Source of the DNA: a virus
Taxonomy: Duplodnaviria > Caudoviricetes
IMG/VR virus record: IMGVR_UViG_2667527450_000001
Coordinates: 9,397 to 73,396 of that record
Strand: one strand, 5' to 3'
DNA length: 64,000 bases
Positions 54,743 to 63,391 of this stretch are shown here, in pieces. The first letter of the stretch is position 1; each line of letters starts with the position of its first letter. The notes below the pieces were generated by a model. The model was not told where the DNA came from and ran no database searches. It saw nothing but the letters and a program-made list of their open reading frames with translations. The position numbers were made by a program, and so were the translations under genes.

Positions 54743-54981
54743 GCGCCCCGATCGAGGCGAAGGTGCGGTCAGCGACAGCCGCCTCGTTCGTTGCCTCCCT
54801 GCTGATAGCCGTCCTCAACGCGGTGGCCGCCGACAACCGGCTGCTGGCTCCGCTGCCGTCCTGGCTCCAGGGCATCGTCATCGCCCTCGCTCCGGCGGCT
54901 GTGACGTTCCTGGCGGGCTGGCAGGCCCCGCACACCGCTCGGGTCAGCGAGCCCCCGGCGGCGCCGCCTGCCGCCGAATAG
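54739..54981 (+). CDS. holin
   Basis: IEAKV..two TM segments..GWQAPHT; follows endolysin. Confidence 0.8.
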   Translation: MSAPIEAKVRSATAASFVASLLIAVLNAVAADNRLLAPLPSWLQGIVIALAPAAVTFLAGWQAPHTARVSEPPAAPPAAE

Positions 54982-55004
54982 CACCTGCACGACAGGAGGC
55001 CCCC

Positions 55005-55355
55005 GTGCCCGATGAGCTGTCCGTGGGCGAACTCGGGCGCGCGGTCTCGGCGCTCCGCCAGGAGATCCAGGCCATGGGGCAGGGCATCAACGCCCGCCTG
55101 GACAAGGTCGTTTCGACCGAGGTGTACACGCTTCAGCAGGCGTACACGGACCAACGGCTGACAGCGCTCAGCCAGGACCTCCAGAAGGCCGTCGATGCCC
55201 GCGAGGCGCTGGAGAGGGCATTCGAGACGTACCAGCTCGCTGAGCGTGACCGGCGCGAGCAGGAGCGGCAGCACCGCCTCTACCAAATGATCATCCCTGT
55301 GTTGATGGGCCTCCTGGCGGCAGCGATTGCGATCTGGGCGGTGGTGGCGAAATGA
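55005..55355 (+). CDS. coiled-coil protein with C-terminal TM (lysis cassette)
   Basis: AGGAGG RBS and GTG; C-terminal hydrophobic helix. Confidence 0.7.
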   Translation: MPDELSVGELGRAVSALRQEIQAMGQGINARLDKVVSTEVYTLQQAYTDQRLTALSQDLQKAVDAREALERAFETYQLAERDRREQERQHRLYQMIIPVLMGLLAAAIAIWAVVAK

Positions 55356-56011
55356 GCACGCTGCGCACGCGGCCTCGGCTCCCGCGGGCGGAAGTCCTGG
55401 CCGCCGTGACGGTCCTCCTCATGGTGACGTTCCTGGCGTGGCTCGCTGTTCAGGTCGTCACACTCACGCATGACTTGACCACGGCGAACCAGGCGCGAGA
55501 CGCCCTCGCACGGCAAGTGCAGGGCCTTGGGCATAGACCCGTGGCGGGCCCGCCTGGAAGCCGCGGTCAGCCGGGGCAGAGCGTCGTCGGACCCCAAGGG
55601 CCACCGGGGCCGACGGGCAGTCCGGGGCCGTCCGGATCCCCCGGCAAGGATGGCAAGGACGGCCAGTCCGGCTCCACCGGTTCGTCCGGTCCTGTTGGTC
55701 CGTCGGGAGCCGCGGGAGCGAAGGGGGCCGACGGCACGGCAGGCTCCCCGGGCCCAGCTGGACCCTCGGGACCGGCCGGGCCCCCAGGCCCGCAGGGCAG
55801 CAAGGGCGACACTGGCCCGCAGGGACCTGCGCCGTCTGGCTGGACGTGGACTGACAGCAACGGGACGACCTACACGTGTACGCCGGACGATGCCGGCTCC
55901 TCCCACTACACATGCACCCCCACCAGCAAACCGTCGCCCTCGCCCTCCCCTTCGGCGACTCCCAGCACCCCACTGCTCGGAACCCAGCGGCCCGCCCGCT
56001 CCGGGCGCTGA
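55352..56011 (+). CDS. membrane-anchored collagen-like protein
   Basis: N-terminal TM, short coiled coil, long G-X-Y run, Cys-pair C-domain. Confidence 0.85.
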   Translation: MSTLRTRPRLPRAEVLAAVTVLLMVTFLAWLAVQVVTLTHDLTTANQARDALARQVQGLGHRPVAGPPGSRGQPGQSVVGPQGPPGPTGSPGPSGSPGKDGKDGQSGSTGSSGPVGPSGAAGAKGADGTAGSPGPAGPSGPAGPPGPQGSKGDTGPQGPAPSGWTWTDSNGTTYTCTPDDAGSSHYTCTPTSKPSPSPSPSATPSTPLLGTQRPARSGR

Positions 56012-56060
56012 GGTTCCACTCGATGGTTTTGTCGAACGGCTTGCTGAGCCACTATGCGAA

Positions 56061-56093
56061 GCGCCCCGCCTCTCCGGAGGCGGGGCGCCCTTT
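56061..56093 (+). terminator. terminator of the late operon
   Basis: GCGCCCCGCCTC-TCCG-GAGGCGGGGCGC then CCTTT. Confidence 0.75.
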
Positions 56094-56169
56094 GCCGTCC
56101 ATACACGGCTGAAGGCCGCTATCGGTCGCTGAGGGCGACACTGGGCTGTCGGCCGTGAGCTCGGTCCAC

Positions 56170-56221
56170 GATTGCGCGCAATCCGGCAGGGAAAGGCTGG
56201 CGCTGGCAATCCGCCGCAATC
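56170..56221. promoter_or_regulatory. GCAATC operator repeats
   Basis: Palindrome GATTGCGCGCAATC 56170-56183; GCAATC at 56206 and 56216. Confidence 0.65.
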
Positions 56222-56287
56222 CTCGTGCGCCCGCCCGAGCAGACCACCATGCTGAATCTCAAGCTGATCTCGCGAAAGGCCACGGAC

Positions 56288-56491
56288 ATGACACTGAGGT
56301 TCATCGGTACCACCTCCGACGACGGCGACTGCCCCACCCTGTACGAGGTCGAGGAGACCGGCGACATCGTCGTCCAGGGCGACCGCCTCACCGATCCCGA
56401 GCACCTCGCGCAACTCCGTGACGTCAAGGACTCGGAGACCTTCGTCGTGATCCCTCGCGAACTCCTCACCCGCTTCGCCCCGAAGGAGTGA
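56288..56491 (+). CDS. small protein, partner of DUF6879/XRE genes
   Basis: LRFIGTTS..DCPTLY..VVQG..VVIPRELL. Confidence 0.75.
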   Translation: MTLRFIGTTSDDGDCPTLYEVEETGDIVVQGDRLTDPEHLAQLRDVKDSETFVVIPRELLTRFAPKE

Positions 56492-56492
56492 C

Positions 56493-57029
56493 GTGCCAGA
56501 CCTGATCCCGTTCCCGGAAGTAGCCCACTACTTCCGGGACTTCGAACACACGGCTTGGCGGCTGGAGACCCGCCGCGGATACGCTTCGGACCGCAACGGG
56601 CCAAAATGGCAGCGGTTCCTGCGCGGTGAGGACATTGCCAACGAGCCCGACAACGCATGGCGGGCGAACGTGCGCACCCAGGTCGCCGCCGGCAAGCGCT
56701 TCGAGCGGGTGCGGCTGGTCGACCAGCCGGCCACCGAGGGGCAACGGTTCCTCCTGGCCAGCGGCCTCGGCAATGTGGCAGCTGGCGAAGACATCCGGAA
56801 CTTGTACCGGTCGGAGGCGCATAGCCTCAGCATCCCTGACGGAGACTTCTGGCTGTTTGACTCCCGTGTGGTGGCCGAGTTCGAGTTCGACGACCACGAC
56901 GTCACGCTCGGGGTGCGGGTGCACGAGGACGCCGAGACCGTAGTGCGCGCCTGCCAGGTACGTGACGCCGCCTGGCACCACGCGGTACCTACCAGGGAAT
57001 TTCAGGCCCGGGTACTTTCCGACGTGTGA
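56493..57029 (+). CDS. DUF6879-like protein
   Basis: FEHTAWRLETRRGY..RVRLVD..AGEDIR..DFWLFD..RDAAWHHAV. Confidence 0.75.
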   Translation: MPDLIPFPEVAHYFRDFEHTAWRLETRRGYASDRNGPKWQRFLRGEDIANEPDNAWRANVRTQVAAGKRFERVRLVDQPATEGQRFLLASGLGNVAAGEDIRNLYRSEAHSLSIPDGDFWLFDSRVVAEFEFDDHDVTLGVRVHEDAETVVRACQVRDAAWHHAVPTREFQARVLSDV

Positions 57030-57868
57030 GCACCGACTTTCAGACTGCCCGGGTAGCCCTCGGGGCGCGACTGCGCGAGTTGCGCACCGAGGCCGGGCTC
57101 AACGGCAAGGACCTGGCCGAACGCCTCGGCTGGCAGCGGTCGAAGGTCTCCCGGCTGGAGAACGGCAAGCAAACCCCGTCCCGTGAGGACTTGGAAGCTT
57201 GGGCCAAGGCGGTAGGCGAATCTGCAGCTGCCGAGGAGCTGCAGGGGCGGCTGCAGGGGCTGGAGACGCAGTACCGGACGTGGCGCCGGCAGTTGGCCAA
57301 TGGGCACCGGTCCCGCCAGGAGCTGGCCGTGGCGGAGACGGCGCGGACGCGGCTGATCCGCGGGGTGGAGGTGGCCCGCATCCCTGGTCTGTTCCAGACG
57401 GCGGACTACGCACGCTGCTTGTTCATCGCGAACGCTGAGTTCCGCCGGACGCCGCGCGATACGGACGAGGCTGTCCGGGCCCGCATACAGCGGCAGGAAG
57501 CCCTCTACGAGGCCGGCCGGTCCTTCCGGTTCCTGCTCTGGGAAGCCGCGCTATACGCCCAGGTGTGCCCTCGGGAAGTCATGGCCGCCCAGCTCGACCG
57601 GCTCTGTGGACTCATCGGCGTTGGCACGGTCGAACTCGGCATCATCCCGTTCACCGCCCCACTTCAGCGGACACCAGCTCACGGCTTCTGGATCTACGAC
57701 GATCGGCTCGTAACAGTCGAGACGATCAACGCGGAACTGTGGCTCGACGATCAGGAGAACATCGACCTGTACACGCGTGCGTGGGACTGGCTCAACGAGT
57801 CCGCGGTGTACGGGCACCAGGCTCACCGGCATATCGCGCGTGCTCGGGCCGGGCTGGCTCTCCCGTAG
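57026..57868 (+). CDS. XRE-HTH plus DUF5753 regulator (WhiJ/Scr1-like)
   Basis: LGARLRELR..SKVSRLENG; IPGLFQTADYAR; EAAL; QLDRL. Confidence 0.9.
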   Translation: MSTDFQTARVALGARLRELRTEAGLNGKDLAERLGWQRSKVSRLENGKQTPSREDLEAWAKAVGESAAAEELQGRLQGLETQYRTWRRQLANGHRSRQELAVAETARTRLIRGVEVARIPGLFQTADYARCLFIANAEFRRTPRDTDEAVRARIQRQEALYEAGRSFRFLLWEAALYAQVCPREVMAAQLDRLCGLIGVGTVELGIIPFTAPLQRTPAHGFWIYDDRLVTVETINAELWLDDQENIDLYTRAWDWLNESAVYGHQAHRHIARARAGLALP

Positions 57869-57950
57869 GCAATCGGCAGCAACATCAACACCGGCCCGCG
57901 CAATCTCGCGCAATCGACGCGCGGCCCTGCAATGGCGGGTCCTAACTTCC
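57869..57950 (+). promoter_or_regulatory. second GCAATC repeat array and promoter
   Basis: GCAATC at 57869, 57900, 57910; variants at 57879 and 57929; -10-like TAACTT at 57943. Confidence 0.65.
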
Positions 57951-57955
57951 TGCTC

Positions 57956-58375
57956 ATGACCGCTGGGAGCGTAACCAGAGCCCGTCGTGTGAGGCCGCCG
58001 TGGCTGCCGCTGGAGAACGTCGTCGACGCCGTCGCCGCTGGCCGATGGTGGGACGCCATCGCCATCGACGGGGAACTCGGAAGACGGACCGTCGTGCACT
58101 ACCGGGCAGCCGGACGTGCCGGCCCGATCATCTGCGACCCTCAAGGGCCCATCCTGCGCGTGTACTTCCTCGTCCCACTCGGCACCGCTGACCGGTGGGC
58201 GGAAGCGGGCAGCATCAGCCTCGGCCAATGCTGCTACGTCGTCCTCAACGGCAACACAGGCGCCGATGCCCTCGGTATCCACTGGCTCAGCCCACCCCGC
58301 TGCCAGCCGCCCGAACCACTCGTACAGCCGCGGATGCTGCGCACCGCCCTCATGAAAGCGAGGGCTACCCCGTGA
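57956..58375 (+). CDS. hypothetical protein (degenerate prim-pol-like), paralog 1
   Basis: AGRWWDAI..GPIICDP..YFLVP..WLSPP. Confidence 0.65.
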   Translation: MTAGSVTRARRVRPPWLPLENVVDAVAAGRWWDAIAIDGELGRRTVVHYRAAGRAGPIICDPQGPILRVYFLVPLGTADRWAEAGSISLGQCCYVVLNGNTGADALGIHWLSPPRCQPPEPLVQPRMLRTALMKARATP

Positions 58376-58806
58376 CTCACCCCGGAACCACATGGCTTCT
58401 GTCCCGCGCCCCGTACCCCACGGACGTGCAACGCGCCTGGAGCGAGGAGGAGTTCGCCTCAATCCCCTCGACTGCGTGGACCGTCGTGGAAGCGTCGTGC
58501 CTACGCTCCATCGACGCTATGCGACCACTGGCCCGCGTCGGACAGCTCGGGCCGGTCCTCGTCGACCCCGCAGCCGACGTCGCCTGGTGGCTCGTCGCAG
58601 ACGGCGCCGAACACCACCTTGCCGACTTGCCGCTGCTGACCGTCCGTCCACGAGGTTGGGCACTGTGCTGCCCGCCCGCGCACCTGTACTTCAACGGCCG
58701 CGGATGGCTGGAGAAGCCCGACGGCACCGGCAAACTCACCGACCCGATCAAGCTGGGTGCCGCATTCGGCCCCGGCGGACGACTCCCCGCGGAGGCAGCC
58801 CGATGA
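58372..58806 (+). CDS. hypothetical protein (degenerate prim-pol-like), paralog 2
   Basis: GPVLVDP..WWLV..WLEKPDG..LTDP. Confidence 0.65.
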   Translation: MTHPGTTWLLSRAPYPTDVQRAWSEEEFASIPSTAWTVVEASCLRSIDAMRPLARVGQLGPVLVDPAADVAWWLVADGAEHHLADLPLLTVRPRGWALCCPPAHLYFNGRGWLEKPDGTGKLTDPIKLGAAFGPGGRLPAEAAR

Positions 58807-59201
58807 CCGACCGACTGCCCGTTCGCGGGGCGGAGGCACCTCTCGCCATTCACGAGTCCCGGGCCACCCCCACCGTCCCCATCGACGTCGAGACGATGCG
58901 CCGCACCATCGACCGCGCCCTCGCCCTCCGCTCCACACCGCTTGAGCTGGAGGAGCTGGAGGACTTGACGCTGCTGCTCCGCGGACACATCAACCTGCTG
59001 CTCCCCAGCGCTCAGGCCGCCACGGACAAGCTCTGGCCCGGCAGCATCGAATGGTGTTGCGGCATGGGCCGCCTCAGCACCGTCCGTTTCCACTGTGAGC
59101 AGACCATCGAGGCAAGCATGCTCACGGCTCCCGTCCAGGTCAGCCGACTGGCACACGACTGTCAGTGGCTGCTTGAAGGGCACCTCGCGCGGCAGAAGTG
59201 A
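58803..59201 (+). CDS. DUF6415-like protein
   Basis: PIDVETMRRTI..LRGHINLLLP..LAHDC. Confidence 0.65.
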   Translation: MTDRLPVRGAEAPLAIHESRATPTVPIDVETMRRTIDRALALRSTPLELEELEDLTLLLRGHINLLLPSAQAATDKLWPGSIEWCCGMGRLSTVRFHCEQTIEASMLTAPVQVSRLAHDCQWLLEGHLARQK

Positions 59202-59358
59202 CCAGGGGTGCCGCAACGGATCCCCGGGCGCCCATTTCACTGCTCGATCGCCCTCGAACAGGCCGTCAAACGTTTGTCACGGCGACACCGTTACCCCGTC
59301 GGCCGGATACGACCACCGCCAGACTCAGCGCACCAACGGAACCGAACTGGGGGGATCT

Positions 59359-59634
59359 TTGACCAGCACTATCACGCACTCGGCCCGCCGAATCCGTAGC
59401 GCCCTCGCCGCCGCCACGCTCGCCGCAGCCGCCATCGCGCCCGTCACCATCATCGCCGGCACCGCACAGGCCGCCACCGTCCACTGCGCCCACCACACCA
59501 CCGGCGTCTGCGGCACCCACATCAAGCACCCGTCGGGCGTTATGGCCAAGTGCAAGGACGGCACCTGGTCCTACTCGAAGCGCTTCTCCGGCACCTGCTC
59601 CCACCACCGCGGCGTGAGGTACTGGTTCAAGTAG
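59359..59634 (+). CDS. secreted DUF3761-like protein
   Basis: Signal peptide ending AQA; AKCKDGTWSYS..GTCSHHRGV. Confidence 0.75.
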   Translation: MTSTITHSARRIRSALAAATLAAAAIAPVTIIAGTAQAATVHCAHHTTGVCGTHIKHPSGVMAKCKDGTWSYSKRFSGTCSHHRGVRYWFK

Positions 59635-59664
59635 CCGCACCTGGAGCAGCTAGGCTCCACATAC

Positions 59665-59699
59665 CGATGCCCCGCCTGCTTGCCTCAGGCGGGGCATCG
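59665..59699. terminator. hairpin between convergent genes
   Basis: 14-bp perfect stem CGATGCCCCGCCTG. Confidence 0.7.
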
Positions 59700-59729
59700 T
59701 GCGCTCACCTACGGTTGCGCGGAACCTCC

Positions 59730-59876
59730 CTACTCGGTGGCGCAGTCGGCCATCTCCTCATTGATGGCCTGCCGGGCTTCGGTCAGGGTCATGGCGTCGT
59801 CGCCGGGCTGAGCGTGGACGATCTGTGGGTTGCTCTCGTCGGTCCAGTCGACGTCGTAGCGACGCTGCTCGGGCAT
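59730..59876 (-). CDS. small hypothetical protein
   Basis: AAGGAGG RBS. Confidence 0.55.
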   Translation of the reverse strand: MPEQRRYDVDWTDESNPQIVHAQPGDDAMTLTEARQAINEEMADCATE

Positions 59877-59953
59877 GGTCAATCCTCCTTCGTGGCGGTG
59901 CACTTCTTCCACTTGGCCTCTTCGAAGGGCGGGGCCGCTTCGCTGTGCTGTCG

Positions 59954-60307
59954 CTACGCGAGCATGTGCCGTTGGTCGTCTGGCGTCGTGTGACCGGCCA
60001 GCAGCAGGCACGTCCACCCCTGGTGCGTGAAGTCGCAGATGGGCCCTGTGAACATGGCCGCCTCTTCTCGCAGGCCGTCGACGTCATGCCAGGTTGCCCA
60101 CCAGAGCTGTGATTCCCGCCCGAAGTCCTGTTCCACGAGGAACTGCTCGTGCTCCTCGACCTCGTGCCCTTCCGGCAACCTGCACGTCAGCTCTTGGTCG
60201 TCCCAATTCGTGATCCCGCCGGGCCGCGCGAGGTTCTGGAGCTTGATGACGTCCGCGTCGCACAGTCTGCCGCGCGCACCGCACTCCGGGGGGTTGTCCT
60301 TGAACAT
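59954..60307 (-). CDS. Cys/His-rich hypothetical protein
   Basis: CRLPEGH..H; CLLLAGH; TGATG-coupled. Confidence 0.6.
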   Translation of the reverse strand: MFKDNPPECGARGRLCDADVIKLQNLARPGGITNWDDQELTCRLPEGHEVEEHEQFLVEQDFGRESQLWWATWHDVDGLREEAAMFTGPICDFTHQGWTCLLLAGHTTPDDQRHMLA

Positions 60308-60612
60308 CAGCTCTCCTTGTGGGACTTCTTCTCGTGGTTGCGCATGCTGGCGGGGGCGCCGATGTAGCCGCAGTGGTTGCAGCGTTCCCAGTGGGCGTCC
60401 TTGATTGCTTTGTGGACGACGGAGTGGCTGGGGCCGAAGCCGTTGGCGTGGAGCATCTGCGGGATGGATCCGCCGTACTTGACGGCGACGAGTGCGGCCT
60501 CGGCGACCTTGTCGTGGCCGCGGGCGAAAAACGAGCCGAGGCCGATCTCGGTGCCGCAGCCGCACCAGCAGTTGCCGGTCGGGATGAGGCGGGGGAGTGG
60601 TTCCTTCGTCAT
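60307..60612 (-). CDS. Zn-binding hypothetical protein
   Basis: CWCGCG..FARGHD; CNHC..H...H. Confidence 0.7.
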   Translation of the reverse strand: MTKEPLPRLIPTGNCWCGCGTEIGLGSFFARGHDKVAEAALVAVKYGGSIPQMLHANGFGPSHSVVHKAIKDAHWERCNHCGYIGAPASMRNHEKKSHKES

Positions 60613-60639
60613 GCAACCAAGGTAGAGTTTCTTGGTTGC
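60613..60639. promoter_or_regulatory. operator-like inverted repeat over a leaderless promoter
   Basis: GCAACCAAG-N9-CTTGGTTGC abutting the ATG. Confidence 0.55.
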
Positions 60640-60720
60640 CCTGCAAGGAGTTTGACTAAGAATCATGAACTAGGTGGAGCACGGCCCGATCGCGTGCGCC
60701 CCACCTCGTCCCTGAACCGT

Positions 60721-60748
60721 GCCCTCGATAACATGCCATATCGCGGGC
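60721..60748. other. dif/lox-like 11-6-11 recombination site candidate
   Basis: GCCCTCGATAA-CATGCC-ATATCGCGGGC, arms 9/11 complementary. Confidence 0.55.
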
Positions 60749-60769
60749 GAGAAACCGGTACAATTAGGC

Positions 60770-61036
60770 ATGACCAGAGAGCTGATCACCGATCACTGGT
60801 TCCGTGAAGGCCCCGTCCAGCCCGACGGCTCGGACGGCTACTGGATCTGCGACTACAACGGGTGCGGCCAGCACCGCGGCGACCACCTGCAAGCCGAAGG
60901 TCACTGGTGGAAGCCACTCCACGCGTTCGCCCCGCAAGCGCGCTGGCGGCTGACGTACTGTAGGACCTGCGGCCGAGAGCGGCGTCACACGACGCACACC
61001 CCGTGGCTCTGGGATCAGCTGGAGCCTGCCGCATGA
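60770..61036 (+). CDS. small Cys/His-rich protein
   Basis: Two H..C..C..H-type motifs; ATGA-coupled to recombinase. Confidence 0.6.
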   Translation: MTRELITDHWFREGPVQPDGSDGYWICDYNGCGQHRGDHLQAEGHWWKPLHAFAPQARWRLTYCRTCGRERRHTTHTPWLWDQLEPAA

Positions 61037-62052
61037 CCGACCTTGCCCACCGCCAGCCGGACGTCACCCTCGCCACCTTCGACGCTGCGACGCTCGCCGT
61101 CCTCCACGCCATGGAAGAGGCAGCCGAGAAGCACCTCGACGCCATCCGCCCTCACAACACGAAGCGCGGCTACGCCAACGACTGGGCGCTGTGGGGGGAG
61201 TTCCATGACTGGCTCGCTGAGCGCACCGGGCACGCGCTGCCGCTGACCGCCGTCACCAAAGGTACGCTCGTCGGCTTCGTCGTCTGGCTCGACGCCATCA
61301 AGCTCGCCGCGCCCAACAGCATCGACCGGCGCATCACCGGTGTGACCGTGACCGCCCGCAATGAGCACGGCGTCGAGGTGCCCAAGGCGGCAACCGTCGC
61401 CGCGCGCAAAGCACTCAAGCCTATGAAGGCAGACCCCGAACGCGTCGCCCGCGGCCGAGGCAAGGCGGCAGCAGCCACGCCGGAGCAACTGCGACAGATG
61501 AGCGCAGCCGCCGCTGACGGGCTCACCGGACTCCGCGACCGTGCCCTGTGGCTTCTGGCGTTCAGCGTGGCGGGCCGCTCCGCCGAGGTCTCCGCGCTCC
61601 GAGCCGACGGCATCGTCCACGTCAGCAACGGCCTCGAAGTCCACGTCCCCAGCGTGAAGGGGAGGCCCGCCCGCGACGTCGTCGTCCACTGCGGCAAGAA
61701 CCCCGACACCTGCCCGGTCCGCGCCTGGCTCACCTGGCGCGCCGCAGCGGGCATCACCAGCGGCCCCGCCTTCCTGCCGATCGACGTGTGGGGCAACCTC
61801 GGCGACCACACTCTGTCCCCGGCAGCCTGTCGCGACATCATCGCCCGCAACGCTGAACGCGCCGGCGTCGCCGTCCGTTTGACCGGCCACTCGATGCGGG
61901 CAGGGTTCATCACCACCTCGCGCGTCGCAGGGAAGCGCGAGGAGAAGATCCGCGCGCAGAGCGGCCACGCCGAGAATAGCCCCGCGTTCTGGGGCTACAT
62001 CCGCGAGGCTGACAAGTGGTCGGACGCCGCATCGGAGGACATCGGCCTGTGA
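61033..62052 (+). CDS. tyrosine recombinase (Cre/Xer-like resolvase type)
   Basis: NTKRGY..W; RDRAL..GRSAE; K; GHSMRAG; SGH; GYIR. Confidence 0.9.
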   Translation: MTDLAHRQPDVTLATFDAATLAVLHAMEEAAEKHLDAIRPHNTKRGYANDWALWGEFHDWLAERTGHALPLTAVTKGTLVGFVVWLDAIKLAAPNSIDRRITGVTVTARNEHGVEVPKAATVAARKALKPMKADPERVARGRGKAAAATPEQLRQMSAAAADGLTGLRDRALWLLAFSVAGRSAEVSALRADGIVHVSNGLEVHVPSVKGRPARDVVVHCGKNPDTCPVRAWLTWRAAAGITSGPAFLPIDVWGNLGDHTLSPAACRDIIARNAERAGVAVRLTGHSMRAGFITTSRVAGKREEKIRAQSGHAENSPAFWGYIREADKWSDAASEDIGL

Positions 62053-62655
62053 ACGTTCCATGTACGGCAACGAAGAAGCTCGGCAAGCCCTGCAAGGCAG
62101 AGGTCAGTCGCTGGCGGCGAAGCGTCTATGGCCACCCCGCATACGACCTCGCGCCTCAGCTGGCTACCAGCCTCAACCGATCGACGATGTAGAGGAGTTG
62201 GACCGGTGACGAGGAAGTACCCCGCCTCCCTACCCAAGTTCGACCACGCTGTTCCCCTAGCGGACATCGATAGGCCAGGGCGACCGGGGCAGGCAGTGGC
62301 CTTGTCTCGTGTGGCGATGGACCATGGGTGGGCGGCGAGCAGTTCCTGGCCGGGTCACTCTCTTGGCTCGACGAAGGTGAGGTTTTGCCTCCTGCTCAAC
62401 CACCCCACGGATCGCAGCCTTGCCTACGGTTTGCTCTGGGGTCGCCGTCAGCTAACTTACGATCTCGGCTGGTGGAGTCGTGGCGTTGCTGTGCAATGTC
62501 CGTCCGCCTGGCCACGGATCGGGCGACTCACGGAGGCGGCACTGCGCCGGATCCGATGGGTGATCGTCACCAACTCTATTGATGACAGCGGTAGCGCATA
62601 GGGGAACGTTATGCGCTAGCTCTGCCAACGCCCCCCCTCCCGGAGGGGCGTTCTT

Positions 62656-62880
62656 CTACGCCAAGTCGGGGCCGCCGTAGTCGTGGGGCCGGCCTCCGCG
62701 CCACTCCACCCATGCCTCGTCGTCGAGGACCTCCTCGGGCGCGGCGACGCCAGCTCGGCGCAGGAACTCGATCACGTCAGCATCTCGGTACGCCAGCCCG
62801 AGGATCTGCCCGCGCGCGACGACGCGCCGGCCGCCCGTGGCTGACAGGCGGTGGATGACGATGGGCGCGTCGTGCCGCAT
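62656..62880 (-). CDS. hypothetical protein
   Basis: TGGRRV..ILGLAY..EFLRRAG..VEWRGG. Confidence 0.7.
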   Translation of the reverse strand: MRHDAPIVIHRLSATGGRRVVARGQILGLAYRDADVIEFLRRAGVAAPEEVLDDEAWVEWRGGRPHDYGGPDLA

Positions 62881-62916
62881 CCCTCCAGCCTGCGACGGCA
62901 TCCCGAGGTCCGCGCG

Positions 62917-63246
62917 TCAGCCGAGGATGCCGAGCTCGGTGTCCGGCCGGCACAGGACGCAGGGGTCCAGGCCCTCGGCGAGGGCACGCATGGCCTCGTC
63001 TCGTGAGATCGGACGGGCTCGACGGCCGGCACTCCGGCAGCCCCCGACGTGTACGGCGATGGGCTGTCCCTCGCCGCCGATGCTGAGCTGCAGCACCCAG
63101 TCCGGCGGCGGGGGAAGGGCGGCGCGCTGCTGCTGCGCCGCGACCTGCTCGGCGATGACGATCTGCTCGCGGACTCGGGCCAGGGTGAGCTGCAGCCAGG
63201 TCTCCAGGGTTCGGAGGCGGGGCAGGTCCGGCGGCAAGTCGTTCAT
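62917..63246 (-). CDS. DUF6233-like protein
   Basis: DLPPDLPRLRTLETWL..VHVGGC..CVLCRPDTELG. Confidence 0.75.
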   Translation of the reverse strand: MNDLPPDLPRLRTLETWLQLTLARVREQIVIAEQVAAQQQRAALPPPPDWVLQLSIGGEGQPIAVHVGGCRSAGRRARPISRDEAMRALAEGLDPCVLCRPDTELGILG

Positions 63247-63254
63247 GTGTTCGA
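63239..63254. promoter_or_regulatory. imperfect LexA SOS box over the start of the DUF6233-like gene
   Basis: TCGTTC-ATGT-GTTCGA versus actinobacterial TCGAAC-N4-GTTCGA (2 mismatches). Confidence 0.45.
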
Positions 63255-63278
63255 AGTCTAGCCTCGTGGGTCTCGGCG

Positions 63279-63301
63279 TTGTCAGTGGCCGCCCGTACCG
63301 T
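63279..63301 (+). promoter_or_regulatory. RecA-NDp/PafBC-type DNA-damage promoter
   Basis: TTGTCAGTG-N8-TACCGT matches tTGTCRgtg-N8-TAnnnT. Confidence 0.65.
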
Positions 63302-63307
63302 AGAACC

Positions 63308-63383
63308 ATCACATCCGCGTTGCTGTTGGCTGCGGCGACGCTGCTACCCCGCCCCGCCCCGGGCACTGTTCCGGGGCGGGGGC
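63308..63383 (+). ncRNA. candidate two-hairpin small RNA
   Basis: Downstream of the promoter; hairpins 63317-63341 and 63352-63381; no plausible ORF. Confidence 0.4.
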
Positions 63384-63391
63384 CTGGCCTG

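Noticed and set aside
59274-59296. Second PafBC-type promoter (TTGTCACGG)
   Set aside because: No TAnnnT at the required spacing
61033-62052. Prophage integrase with att sites
   Set aside because: Lacks an evident N-terminal arm-binding domain and looks Cre/Xer-like; no att direct repeats recognised in the window
62128-62601. 157-aa ORF as a real gene (DHAVP resembles an HNH motif)
   Set aside because: Atypical codon usage, no RBS and no remaining HNH residues; treated as degenerate cargo
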